A stretch of 64,000 bases of DNA. Source: Fimbriosthenelais zetlandica (lineage: Eukaryota). Numbering within the stretch: the stretch's first letter is position 1; each line of letters begins with the position of its first letter. Under the pieces are notes generated by a model. That model was not told the origin of the DNA. It ran no database searches and saw only the letters and a program-made list of their open reading frames with translations. The position numbers and the translations under genes are program-made. Positions 38,446 to 51,100 of the stretch are shown here, one piece after another. The stretch is taken from contig OZ365113.1 of NCBI GenBank assembly GCA_977030845.1, positions 33,480,001-33,544,000 on the forward strand, read 5' to 3'.

Positions 38446-41400
38446 ATGACAGCTACCGAAGCACAAACCTTTCATTGGGCTGATTATTTAGTTTTTGCCG
38501 TAACTCTGTTGCTTTCTGCGGGAATCGGTGTCTATTATGGGGTGGTGGATTTTAGAAGGAGGGCTCTTCGAAAGAGGCAAGCCAAACTAGATCCGACTAG
38601 GGATATCCGACGTGGATCTGGCTTAAAAAGACAGCTGCTTGGAGGACAAAACATGTCAGTAAGTATCGTTTCATCAATTCATTCCTCCATACTTTAATTA
38701 CAACTCTTAGCTTTGTAGAGCACAACACAAAAGCGCATCAATCCATCCATCATTTTCCCAATGCATCTATTTATCTATAAATCTACCTTTATTCAAAAGC
38801 AATCAATTAAGTGTTCTTCCATTACAGGCCTTCCCAGTTGCCATGAGTATACTTGCGTCGTTTCTATCAGCTCCTTTCCTTCTTGGAACACCGACAGAGT
38901 TTTATCTGTTTGGATCTATGTATGCTGCGAACCTGCTCGCCTATCCCTTCAGTGCCACTATTACAGCCTACCTTTTTGTACCCATTTTCCATCGCCAGCA
39001 GGTGGCTAGTTCATATGAGGTAATTACATGACAACTAAGACATAAATCAAAAGGTTAGACCCCACTGGTATTGGCAAGAGTGAGAAATCAATTTATGTCG
39101 TGGGTAGTTCGCTGAACACATCGCTTTTAGATACAAAGTAACAGGTTTCTGTACCTTGGTGGTACACACATGTCATTATCTGTGGCAACTAACTATTACA
39201 TGTAATGACTTGAATGTTGCTTATCAGTGCCATAAATATACACAGGAGATTCAAGGCAGAAAAATACAATGTTGATCCTCAGTGTCAGAAAACCCAGACA
39301 CTGACAAGCTATTTTCAAAAGTATGTATGCAAAGCAGAATGAAACAGGATGACATTTTTATAATTTCAGTATCTTCAGAAAAGATTCGACAGGAAAGTAC
39401 GTCTCCTCAGTGCAATAACATTCTGCCTGATGATGGTAAGTATTTTAGGGAGTAAATAACATAAATATTCAGTTGTAACCAGGCGCCAGTTAGAACATAG
39501 GCTTGTAATGATTTGGAAGAATTGTATATATTATTTAAAGAGTAATTTGTTCTTCTAACAGACGATGTATATGGGTGTGGTGATTTATGCCCCTGCTGCT
39601 GCGTTTTCATTAGGTAAGTACACTGATAATAGTTAAAAAATATATTTTTGTCCATTCTTATAGCTACTATACTTGATTATCTAATCTTTTTTAATACAAT
39701 GAGTTTAAGGGTTGTAAAATAGTCCAATTTGTAACTTAGAATTGGTTTGGAAAATAGCATCTACGTATTTGGAAATGAATTTATCCTCCGAACTTCTGTT
39801 TCTTTTCTTTTAGTAACGGGACTCAGGACAGACTGGGCTATCCTTGCAACAGGGCTGATCTGTACATTCTATACAGCATTTGTAAGTATCAATATTGAGT
39901 ACGACATATATTAATCAGTCCGCTTGAACTGGGTCACCACAGGCCTGTATAGCATGCAAGAGCTGTTATACAGATGGTACTGTCCGAATGTCGGTACTGC
40001 CATCTGTTGATAAGGAAAACAACTCAAGTACATGTACATGTACCATGCTTATCACTAGACCATGTAACTACAATGTTCGAATGCAATGCTGTCAGTTTAC
40101 TTACTCGATTATTATTTCATATTTTCAATTGTGTTTCAGGGAGGGATGAAAGCTGTCATCTGGACTGATGTCATCCAAATGATTATCATCCTAGCAGGGA
40201 TGGTTGCATTGACTGTAGTGGGTCTCATAGAAACCGGTGGACCCAGTGAAGTTTACAATAAAGTCATGGAAGGTGGAAGGATACAGCTAGATATGTAAGT
40301 ATGAAGTTCATCAAAGGCTATAGAAGTCACTGAAAATTCGACACCTTGATTCAGATCATTCAACCAGGAGATTTGGCCAAATTTATCTGTCTGCATATAT
40401 TCTTCTATAGCCTACATAAGAACCTCTGATATAGGAACCTGCTACCGGTTTCAAAAGTCTCAAAATGAATATTAGCTATGATAATATGATGGTTACAGGA
40501 TCTCTGGCATTATAAACTGGCACTTTAAAAGTTCTGACACACATTAGCAAATATACAGATTCCTAACATATTAAATTTCTTTTTTTTCAGGAAAAGTTTA
40601 TCTTTAGACCCAACTGTACGTCACACATGGTGGACTCAGGTTGTGGGCTGTATCTTCCTCAACCTCTCTCTGTCTGCCACCAATCAGGCCATGATTCAAC
40701 GCTACCTCAGCATCAAGACTCTCAAAGAAGCCCAAATGTGAGTATTTAGTAAATCAATGAAGCCAATTAATGATCTCCAGAAAATATAAGTTAATTGAAT
40801 ATGATACCCAGAAGCAAATGCATCATTCCTCTTCAGGCTAACAATAAGGCTAGAAAATTGATTACCACTGAATACTGAAAATTGTGTTGCAGCAATGAAT
40901 TTAAATGATTTCGGAATGCTTCACATCAGTTTTCCTTTCTTCCAGGTGCTGTTTCATGGCTTTAGGTGTCTTGGAGGTGTACCTGGGGCTTGTATTCGTC
41001 ATGGGTTGTGTCATGTTCGCCTACTACTACGGATGTGATCCTCTGACAACAGGAAAAATAGACAACAGGGACCAGCTCATGCCTGTCTTTGTCATGGACG
41101 TCCTGGGCAAATGGGTGGGACTTCCAGGACTGTTCACCTCAGCTGTCTTCAGTGCATCCTTAAGGTGATTATATGTTGTGACTAACATATGTCTGATATT
41201 CATTGACAGATTTAGGGGAGGTCCGGGGGTAGAACCCCATTCCTTTTATAGACCTGACTCCCAACCCTTACCCCCAGCCTCTTGGATCCGAAAATCAATC
41301 CAAAATACAAAAATGGATCCTCCCCAGACCGTTGGTTGAGACGAAATGACACCCTATAGTGTCATGATTATGCCTGATGTGATAACAATTTTTTATATGA

Positions 41401-43395
41401 AATTATTTTCCATTTTCAGTACGGTATCCTCTGGTCTCAATGCCTTAGCAGCTGTCATCATAACTGATATGATTCATCCCTTATATTACAAAGTAAAAGG
41501 CGATATTATGGCCGACAATGTTTCATCTATCGTTTCCAAAATTATCAGTAAGTTTTTGAAATTCATATTTATTGCCATTCTATTCAATTTCTCTGAACAG
41601 CAACTATTCAAGAATTGAGATATCCATTCATCCTGACTACTTTAACCATCAATATTATCATTTTCATATCCAGGTTTTACATTTGGCTTCATCACCATTG
41701 CCATAGCGTTTGTGGCACCCTATCTAGGAAGCACATTATTGCAGATTGCCAGTAGCTTGTTTGGTTTAATCGGTGGACCACTTCTTGGACTCTTCTCCAT
41801 GGCTATGTTCATACCCTGTGTGAATACATGGGTTAGTATCTATTATTCCCAACAAATGCTTCAAGGTCCATTTGTTGCATCTTGAAAATAATTTTCCAGA
41901 ATTTGTCTGTAGAAACACGAATAAAATGTCATCAAATTTCACTTCTAAAAAGTTAAAAATGTTTGCCCTTTGACAGGGAGCATTGTCAGGCACAACCTTC
42001 AGCCTTTTATTCACGGGATGGATCGCTTTTGGCAGTTTTGTTTTTCCAAACCTTCCTGAGAGACTGCCCCTGGAAACATTCGCCTGTCTGGCTGACATTA
42101 ACGGAACAACAGCAGCTTATGTCAGTACCATGTCAAGTATAATGACTACAACTGACGTACTACCAGATCCTCAAGGAGGGGGCGGGTGAGTAGGCTGTAT
42201 ACGATCTATAATAGGTCATCCAAGTGTCCACCCAAGGGGAGGTCCGTTGGGTTAGCCCTGTACACTTCTAGAACATTTTTATTGCTAAAAGTGTTTGGGC
42301 CACAAAGCTGGACCCCCCCCCCCCTTATGAAACTACCCTAAACTTAATTTATATTTTCCATATTTCAATTCATAATTTTAATACTTTTATTCTTATTTTC
42401 TTACGTCAGAATCAGTGAGATCTACAAGTTGTCCTACATGTGGTACACACTCACTGCCTGCCTAGCTTGTATGGCAGTTGGTATCCCAGTCAGCCTTCTT
42501 ACCGGTAAGCCTAAAAAACATGGACTAATTATAGATTTTTGCACCGTTTTCAGTTATGTATTGGGGTAAGAACTAAAAAAACGATCCTCTTGTTTTGTTC
42601 AAGGTGGAAACAGAAATAAATACGTGGATCCTAATCTCCTTTTCACCTATGAGCAATCATGTTCCTGTTGCATGAAGCTCTCTTGCTGTAAATCGGACCT
42701 TCTGGGGACGAGAGAGCCAGAAATGACTCCAAGTGAGATTGATGAGGAGGAAAAGAGGAGACAGAAGGTAAACTTTAATGGCTACAATTGTTTTGAGGCT
42801 TGAGGCATATAGGCCTAGGTCTATGAGATGTAAACAATGGCTTAATACCCTCCTGGCTTCATTTGTTTAGTATGTCTTTGCCTATTATCAAAATCATGGT
42901 TTCTGTTATTTTCTTTCTCAACAGATGAGGAAATTCTCCACCAAATCAGTTGTAACCTTCGCAGACGAGGATGAATCTTTTGACGACTCCACTTCCGGTA
43001 TTGACGTTGGCTCGGATGTTGACAACGCTTCTGATCAAACATTGGATGACGTCACTTCCGTTGAAACGTACAGCGACCGCGAGGATGTCTACATAATCTC
43101 CGATGGCGCCCTCTACAGGAAACAAAGTGAACTTTCAGACATAGATCTTATTGGTCATAGGAGAAGGGACTCTCAAGTTTACGAAGACATGATGCGAAGA
43201 AAGAGCATAGCCATAAGCGGGATTCTCAATCACTCGTTTGCAATAGAGGAAGAGCCCGAGGAGAGTGAGGAAAAGGCAAGAGTGCATCTAAGACCAACTG
43301 TTATTGACGGGAAACGAGATGAAAAACAAAATTATCAGAATAACTGGGATGATACAAACAAGGCTAATGGAGATATAGGCCACACGTGGTTATGA
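38446..43395 (+). CDS. SLC5 sodium:solute symporter (SMCT/NIS/SMVT-like), paralog B, about 778 aa
   Basis: 14 exons with consistent phases: 38446-38658, 38828-39019, 39370-39435, 39562-39613, 39814-39881, 40140-40294, 40591-40737, 40946-41164, 41420-41547, 41674-41831, 41977-42185, 42410-42504, 42604-42767, 42925-43395. Same SLC5 motifs as paralog A (GGMKAVIWTDVIQ, NQAMIQRY, DQLMPVFVMD, STVSSGLNALAAV). Exons of 192, 66, 52, 68, 155, 219, 128 and 158 nt are identical in size to those of paralog A. Confidence 0.94.
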
Positions 43396-43899
43396 TCCAA
43401 ACGGACAAGAAAGAGAAATCAGTCTCTATTAGATGATTTAATGATATTGGGCCTATGAATAAAATGTTCCTAATTGGTTCAAAATATAAAATACCTCTGC
43501 AACAGGTGGAAGGAAAACCGGACAAATCTTAGTGAAATGAAAAAAAAAGACATAATGGGAGGTCATCATTTTCTGTATAGTTAAAATTAATAATAATATT
43601 ATTGTATATTTGAAATAAAACGTTTATAAATATGCATATTCTCCACCTTTTCAACGTTTCGATTAGGCCACAAGGCAATTAACTTCAATATAAGAGCTCT
43701 ATTCTCATTATCTTGACCCGCTAGTATTATATTTCTCTTCCTGGAGACCGTTTCAAAACGAATGTACATGTATTAGCCATAGTCCTAGACCTATAGCATT
43801 ACTAACGTTCCTTTTGAAACGAGCTCGTGATGAACTAGTTCTGCCCCATAGCTCTTTCTACCCTGCAGACACAAAGCCCCTGGCGTCTGTCCCGTGAAA

Positions 43900-44107
43900 A
43901 AAAATAATTCCTCCCACCACCGCCTTCCTCTCTCTCCAGGTGCCCACCACCTCCAGGCCATGTAGTATATAGGACCATGTGCGTCCATGTAAAAGCGTCC
44001 CGGCCAAAGTCCGTCCACACCTACCTATACCTACCTCCTCCACCTACCAAGTCTGACCCATTTATACCCACCTTATAACCAGTCAGCCACCTAGTCCACC
44101 AGTCAAG
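43900..44107 (+). promoter_or_regulatory. Probable promoter and non-coding first exon of the LRR gene
   Basis: C-rich segment, TATA-like GTATATAG near 43964, ending in a consensus donor CAAG|GTAAGT at 44107/44108. The next acceptor, TTTCAG| at 46146, opens the LRR coding exon. Confidence 0.45.
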
Positions 44108-46166
44108 GTAAGTTTGTGTTCAATTCTTAATTCAACCACTTCACCAAATTAATATTAATTAACACAGATAGTCATATTTAGATGCAGTCTATAGGTACTA
44201 TTGAGAACCAAGATAATGTATGAACATTTAAAGCTGGGACTCAATGAATACTGTACCTATACCTGCTTCACAGGTAGATTAGTCATTTACGGTAGTGTAC
44301 ACACATGTGCCATATTAAGCTTTGCATGAGTTACCAGTTACACAGGCCCCCAAAATAGACATATATCTCAACTTGGATATATTACATTTGGAAATCATGG
44401 CCCATATTTCAAGGAACCTTCCATGTTCATGGAATTTCTCTTCCTGACACAATAGAACCCCCGGGAATTTTCACCTCATGGGAAAAAAGGTTATTACCTT
44501 GGTCAGGGTCGGGTTTATTGGTAATCTTATGCTGATAAAGTAGTGTTTACCAGTCACCGCTCTTCCTGCTAAAGTGATAAAAGCACTAATGTCAATAACT
44601 TGATCTATAATACAGAATGACCTAAAAATGGTTTATTCATCCTCAGGAATTGAATTGTACATGTCCAAAAACTAAAGACAAAATTCTGCCAAGTAAATCT
44701 ATGGTAGAAAAAAATCCATTTTACAATGGACAAACGTACATTACACACATTAGCCTATTGTTTTTTATTCCATTTTAGAAAAAGGTATTTCTTCGCATAC
44801 TTGACCCCGGCTATATTTCCATAGACAAATGTTATAGTTGATAAAATATAAATCAAATAAATCTAGGATTAGAACGAATAATTTTAAGTCATAATCTGGA
44901 AAGCCCCAGCGTATGACAATGAGATAAAGTTAGTTAGCTTGGGTATATCTATTTCATGCCATTGAAATAAGAAACTCCTCGATGGGTTTAGACCAAATAT
45001 GTGTGTAGGTGGGTCAAGATGACTCAGGCCTAAAAAGCCCTGTGTCTATGTATTCTGATGTATTATACACACATATGTATATACCTCACTCCTATAGTAG
45101 GACGTGCATCGTCTGCTTTACTCCATTGATCAAACAATCTAAGGACCGTAAGCTCTACTACCTGCTATAATAACACACCTGTGAAATAATCCAGGAACCA
45201 AGCATTGCAACAAGCTGTTAATTATAGCACAAAGGTAGGACTGGCTCATTAAAGCTAAAGTCGGTATAGCAATTGTTTTTATTCATATCATTATTAGCAT
45301 GCTTGGGTTTAAGTAAGGATTATTGTACTGAGCTGTGCTGAACTGAGGTGGCCGTGTTATTCTTGGCTCGGTTGAATGAAAATGATGTTTTTGTGTCATG
45401 CACATAATGTGTATAATTATAAGCCTAGCTTAGTTATATATACCCTTATAAGGTATAGTCTGTTTGGCCGAATTATGTCATTCCAGTTTAACCCACATGT
45501 TAGAGCAAAGTATTACATTAATCCAAACATGAATATTATAGATGAGTCAAAAATGACGAAACCGTATTTTTTCACATTTATTCCCTATTCATACCTTTGT
45601 GACACCACCTGGAACAAAAAGGTTATACGTTTCATTTCCTACCCACAAGGGTTTGCAGGAAGTGCAGGTCAAGAAGGGTCAGATACGGTCGCATTGAAGT
45701 GGGGACCTCGCTCTCTGTCTATGTTGTTCATATGAATATTATAGAAATATTTCAAAAATGAATTTATATATTATGGATGGATATCATGGGTGATTTTCCT
45801 CGGGAGGCATGAGTGGAGAATGCCTTATACAAGGTTAGCTGTAGAGATATGAATGGGAGATTGATTATTTGGAGGAATTGATGTGAATCATGTTGGATCT
45901 GATTGATGAATGTATAGAGGAAGCATGTAGAAGAATAGAGAACAAGGTTACAGGTACGGTCAACATAAACATCAGCTGGTCCACTGTAACACCTGGACAG
46001 CTCCTAAAATCAGGCTCTTGACTCATTCCAGTTATTATGCTTAGGGCATACAGTGCTTTGTTGAATGAACTACTTTTCTGCTGGTCGACATTATTATATG
46101 ACTGATTTATCAAGAAAAATTCTTAGAATTCTTTTTTTCTTTTCAGGCAGACGTAGGGGAGTCAGG

Positions 46167-48164
46167 ATGGTGCTATTCAAGAGGACCTTATTATTCCATA
46201 TCTTAATGTTGGTGTTATGTTGTCATCTTATAACTGGTGAAAATGACTGTGATAAGGATACTCTTCCAGAAGGATGTAAATGTGAGACTGCTATAAGCCA
46301 TGATACTGCCATAACGTGTACTGGTCTAGAGACTTTTCCTGATATCCCTGCTGGGGTCAAAAATATTTTCTTCACCTCTTGTAAATTTAACAAGATAGGA
46401 GGGGAGAATGTTCCTAATGCCATGGCTGCAACTGTGCTCCAAATTACAAATAGTGAGGTAAGCACTTAATGGTTTTAATTTCTCTACTTGTTCTGTGATT
46501 CATTGAGTCACTCATTGATTGATTGATTGATTGATTGACTTATTCAATCGTTATGATATATGGCTAATTGAGGGCATTATGATAATATTATATGAGTGGA
46601 ATTCCCTATTTAGTACATTTTATCTTTGTTGAATATTAATCAATGTCATAATATTATATTATATAGAAAAGTTATGGTAATCACTTATAAATATTTATGT
46701 TTTCATATGTTTCCATAAAAAAAAATTCAAATTGGTTCATCTTTTCTCATAGGTAACCACAATAGAAGAGGATGCATTCAAATATACTACAAATCTGCAA
46801 CAGTTGGATCTATCAGGAAATGCCATCACAAATTTGTCGAGCAGTGTCTTTTTGGAAACTCCGCAATTAGTCCAGTTGGATCTCAATCGTAACAGATTCA
46901 CCAACCTGCCCGACGACCTCTTCTCTTATTTACCCAAGCTGGAAAAACTGCATCTTGAGGATAACAGCATCGCACGTTTGCCTGATAATATTTTCACAAA
47001 TAATACCAAACTGACGGAAGTGGACGTGTCTGGTAATCAACTACCTGAGGTTCCCGCGGCCGTCAAGATGCTGCCCAACATCACACGTCTTGTAATGGCC
47101 TCCAATTCCATCGGAGATTTACAAAATAATGCATTTAAGGTGGGTTTTTGTCGGCCATTTTATTGTTAAACGAATTGTATATCCATTGTTTTGCTTATCC
47201 TCTTGAATGTCCAAAGAAAAAAGGTGAAATGCATAGGCCTAACATTAAATTTGGTGTTCTAACAGGCACATTCCAGACCTATTAAGACAACATTTTTCAT
47301 CATGACTCACGTTTATTACGATTTATGAAACATATTTGCTGAACTTTCAGGAGCTGACATCATTGACTGAGTTAGAATTAGGATATTGTGATATCAACAA
47401 AATAGATGACGGCGCCTTCACAGGCCTAAATCAAATCACATTCCTCCGGCTAGACTCCAATCACCTGAAGCACCTTTCCCCTCAGGCTCTTGCTCCTATG
47501 AAGAAGTCACTAAAACGTGTGTGGTTGAATAATAATGAATTTAAAACACTACAAGAAGGTACTCTCCCCATGGGAGGTGTGCTGACAGAGCTGAAACTTG
47601 GAAGAAATCCATGGCATTGTGATAAAAACATAGCTTGGATGAAGGATCTTCAGCTGAACAAAATAGACCACGAAAACGTCACGTAAGTATATGATTGCGG
47701 GCTGTCAATCTAGGTCATACAGAAGTCTATGGGATGTGACTCTATTATCGCTCACTCTAATACGCTCTTAAAGGGGCAAGAAAATTTGTCTTAAACGTAG
47801 GGCAAATACTTCAATATTGGTTGGAAACCAAAAGTTCTGTAGCTTATAACTCTTATAGGCCTAATGCATTGTTTTTGTCCATTTCAGATGTAAAACCCCA
47901 TCTCATTTTGAAGGATTTCCAATCGGCAATCTGACCAAAGAGATGCTTGAAGCAGAGGACAATGGTATGAAATCAATGATAGCAGCCGCCATAGCTCTCC
48001 CAATCATAGCTATCTGTATCGTAATCATTTTCATAATCATCTACAAGTTGGTACAGAGCAGACGCCAACAAAAACGTGCCAGCTTCCGGTACAGCGCCGT
48101 CTACAGGGATACGGTGGAATCAGCCTACCCTCCTCCAAAACAGAGACCCACTTCTGAGATCTGA
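46167..48164 (+). CDS. Leucine-rich-repeat type I single-pass membrane protein, 428 aa, no TIR domain
   Basis: Exons 46167-46457, 46753-47139, 47351-47682 and 47888-48164 (phases 0,0,2). Signal peptide MVLFKRTLLFHILMLVLCCHLITG, LRRNT (C-x8-C-x-C...C), about 10-11 LxxLxLxxN repeats, LRRCT-like NPWHCD...CKTP, TM MIAAAIALPIIAICIVIIFIIIY, and a 39-aa tail ending PTSEI. Confidence 0.92.
46514..46538. repeat. (GATT)n microsatellite, intronic
   Basis: About 6 ATTG/GATT units in LRR intron 1. Confidence 0.9.
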
Positions 48165-51100
48165 GGAACCTTATGACATTTTCTGCCATATCTTTCACAT
48201 TTTTAATGATGCCATGGGTTCATAGATTCTCAATGGTTCTGTTGGCTGGCCATCAGTTGGTTATAGAGGCAAAAATCAAAATTTAGAGGCTATATAACCA
48301 AAGGTGTTCTGTTAGAAGCTGTTCGCTGACTTCTATCTACAGTATAATCTGATGAGGCATAGGAATATATATATACACACATTGGCTCAGTTTGGATCAG
48401 TTCTTTTTCTTTGGAAAAGTGCCATGTTTGTTGTAAGGAAAGACGTTATAACTTACCCTTGTGACTTGGACTATTGTCAAATAGATGCAGAAATGTCTGA
48501 TAGATAATTATGCATATTCATGCATATGGAAGACTTTTTTTACTTTGCACCCATGAAGTTGAGTGAGGAAACCCACTGGACGATTCTGCTGTTTAGACAT
48601 TTATTTCTGTTGTGCGACTGAAACAGGATGCCTCCAGGATTACATAATTTTAACTCATGACGGAAATTCATTTTTTCTAACAGCCGCAGGATAATAATTA
48701 TAGACATCTATAGAGGCTGTTTGGGATTTGTTTAGCAACAAACATTCCACATTTTTAATGTCATGATAAGCTAGTGCCCTCCGTAAAACAATGCATGTTA
48801 GTTCAGTATAGTAATTTGTATGAATGAGTGGTTGTGAGTGAGAATACAATTTTAAAACATAACTTGTATTTGTTTTATGGGAGTCCTGGTTGTTTGGAAG
48901 AGCAATTTTGTCATAGGCCCCCAAAAAAACCAAGTGGCAAGGGATTTGTCAGTCATAATCTTCCTCTCTTTTTTCCACCCCAAAGACCATATACCTGGAT
49001 CTTCCCTTGTAATGGTTTCGTTGCCATTGGAAAAGTAAAACCTTGTTTATAGCATACATATCATTTTCAGTAAGGCAATCATAATATTTTCTTAGCCAAA
49101 TGTAGAGTGAAAACCATCTATTTAATGTAATGTAGTTGTGCTAGTCTCAGGGGCCATAGCTGTGAATTGGTATGTAGCATCCCCACCCGCCAAGGCCTGA
49201 TTGAATAAGCTAGTCGACGGCATGGCTTTCATGGTCAATGACTCCCATGCTAATTGGCAGCCACATAGGAAAAAGCACTTTGGCAAAGAGCTATCCATTT
49301 GTACTATTTGTTGTTCCATACCTCCATTTCTTCACACGCGCCCGTTGCTATATTTAGCATGGGAACTGTATACAGTATCATGTGGGTAGCACTGACAGAT
49401 GACTGATTTCCATACTATTATTTGGGTAACATTTTTGTTCAATTTGTTAAATTGGTCTTTGGGGAAATGAACAAGTCAGAATCATAGGTGTTTATATGGC
49501 TTCTGGGCCTCATTCGCGAAAACACATGCCTAAAAGCTTGAGGACGTGTATCTAGGTTGATTCTGTGATGTAACAGTAGGGGGAGCCACTCACATCACGA
49601 TCAACCCGAGCTGAGCAGCTCATGCACCCATCCCCCCTCTAGTGGTATGAACTGGATCTATTTCTGCTATCTTTTTCCAGAATACCCAGACCTGTATTTC
49701 TTAAGTAATGGGTGTTTTTAAAAGGAGAAATACAAACTGAAAAACATTCCAGAGGTTATATAACCAAAATAAGTTATGTATTTCATGTCAGCACATCATT
49801 TTGGATGACCCAAATGTATCTAAATATGTATTCATTTTGAAATATAGCAATGGCACATATATATGCCATCCGTGGTACCCCATGACCTGCCCATCTAAGA
49901 CCATTGGTTCAATATATAACCCATGGGATCACAGCTATATAGATGCACTGTCAATGTCACTGTTTTGAGAGGGATGTCTTTTTTGAAAGCCATATGATCG
50001 GTTTAACGTCATAAATAGGCCAAGCCGAGCTGCCAAACCTAGCCGTGATATATGGACAAATCCGTTATGTAAACACTATTGTATTTTCATCCACCATAAT
50101 GAAAGTGTCACTGGTTGTGAGGTTTCTGACAAAAAAAGGCCAAACAGAAGACTGACAGCCATTGGGCATGGTGAACCTTCCAATTCACCCTTAAGCCCAA
50201 TACATTAGCAAACGTCAGCCTCCAACCGGACAGATCTATATGTCAGAGTGGTCGCTAAGGGGGATTTCCATCCCTCACTGTTACTATGGACACAAAGTAT
50301 ATACAATGCCCATTGTTTTGAAACTCTCCAAATGGATGCAGTATAAGGGAGTCCTTTTAGAATTCTGCGTTGATTTGTTCTTGTATCAGACCGTCCTCGC
50401 TCAAGCGGCTGTTCGCTGAAAGAAATTGTTCCGAATCGGATCTTGATTGAACCTTCAACTGGAAAAAATGATGTTATTTAGCCAGAGTTTTTTCACGTGA
50501 TGGAAGGAAATTTGGTTGTGATGGCAATGATACCTTGGAAGGTTGAAGCCGGTTGGGAAAGGCCATGCATTTTACCCGGTCACAAATTGCCAGTATTGAT
50601 TGCCCTGCCAACAAGAAGAATTGCCCAAATTGGATGGGAAATAGATTTTGTTGTTCAACCAAAAAAGGCCTTCTTGCTTCACTAGTAACAGTTCACCCGA
50701 CAACTCATTCCACTCACACGGCCCATTAACCAAAAATCATTTTCATTCTTAAGTTGATGTGGCAGATTTTAAAAGGAAAATATCCAAAAAATAGACCAGC
50801 ATTTTAACACTAAATCCAATATTGCTGTGTCTTTTTCGATGTATAATCTTTAATACACAATATGCAATATTTTTGACTGGACGTTTTTGTGATTGGAGTT
50901 GATGGATTCTATTATGGATGTCTTATAAATATTTGATAGCAAGCTTACAACTGTCCGTTTTACTAGGGCAGATTGCCGAAATCCATTTCTCAGAGGCAAA
51001 GCTAAACGACCCTAGAGGAAGGGGGAAATGGCAGACAGGAAATTGCCTTAAATGTGACCTTATCAATTCCGCATTTATCTTGATTCTTCTTGAGAAACAA

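Noticed and set aside
41215-42330. Two intronic segments sharing AGGGGAGGTCCG and poly-C ends (41215-41345, 42232-42325)
   Set aside because: Only a 12-mer is shared and no clear TIR/TSD could be defined; probably decayed repeat fragments.
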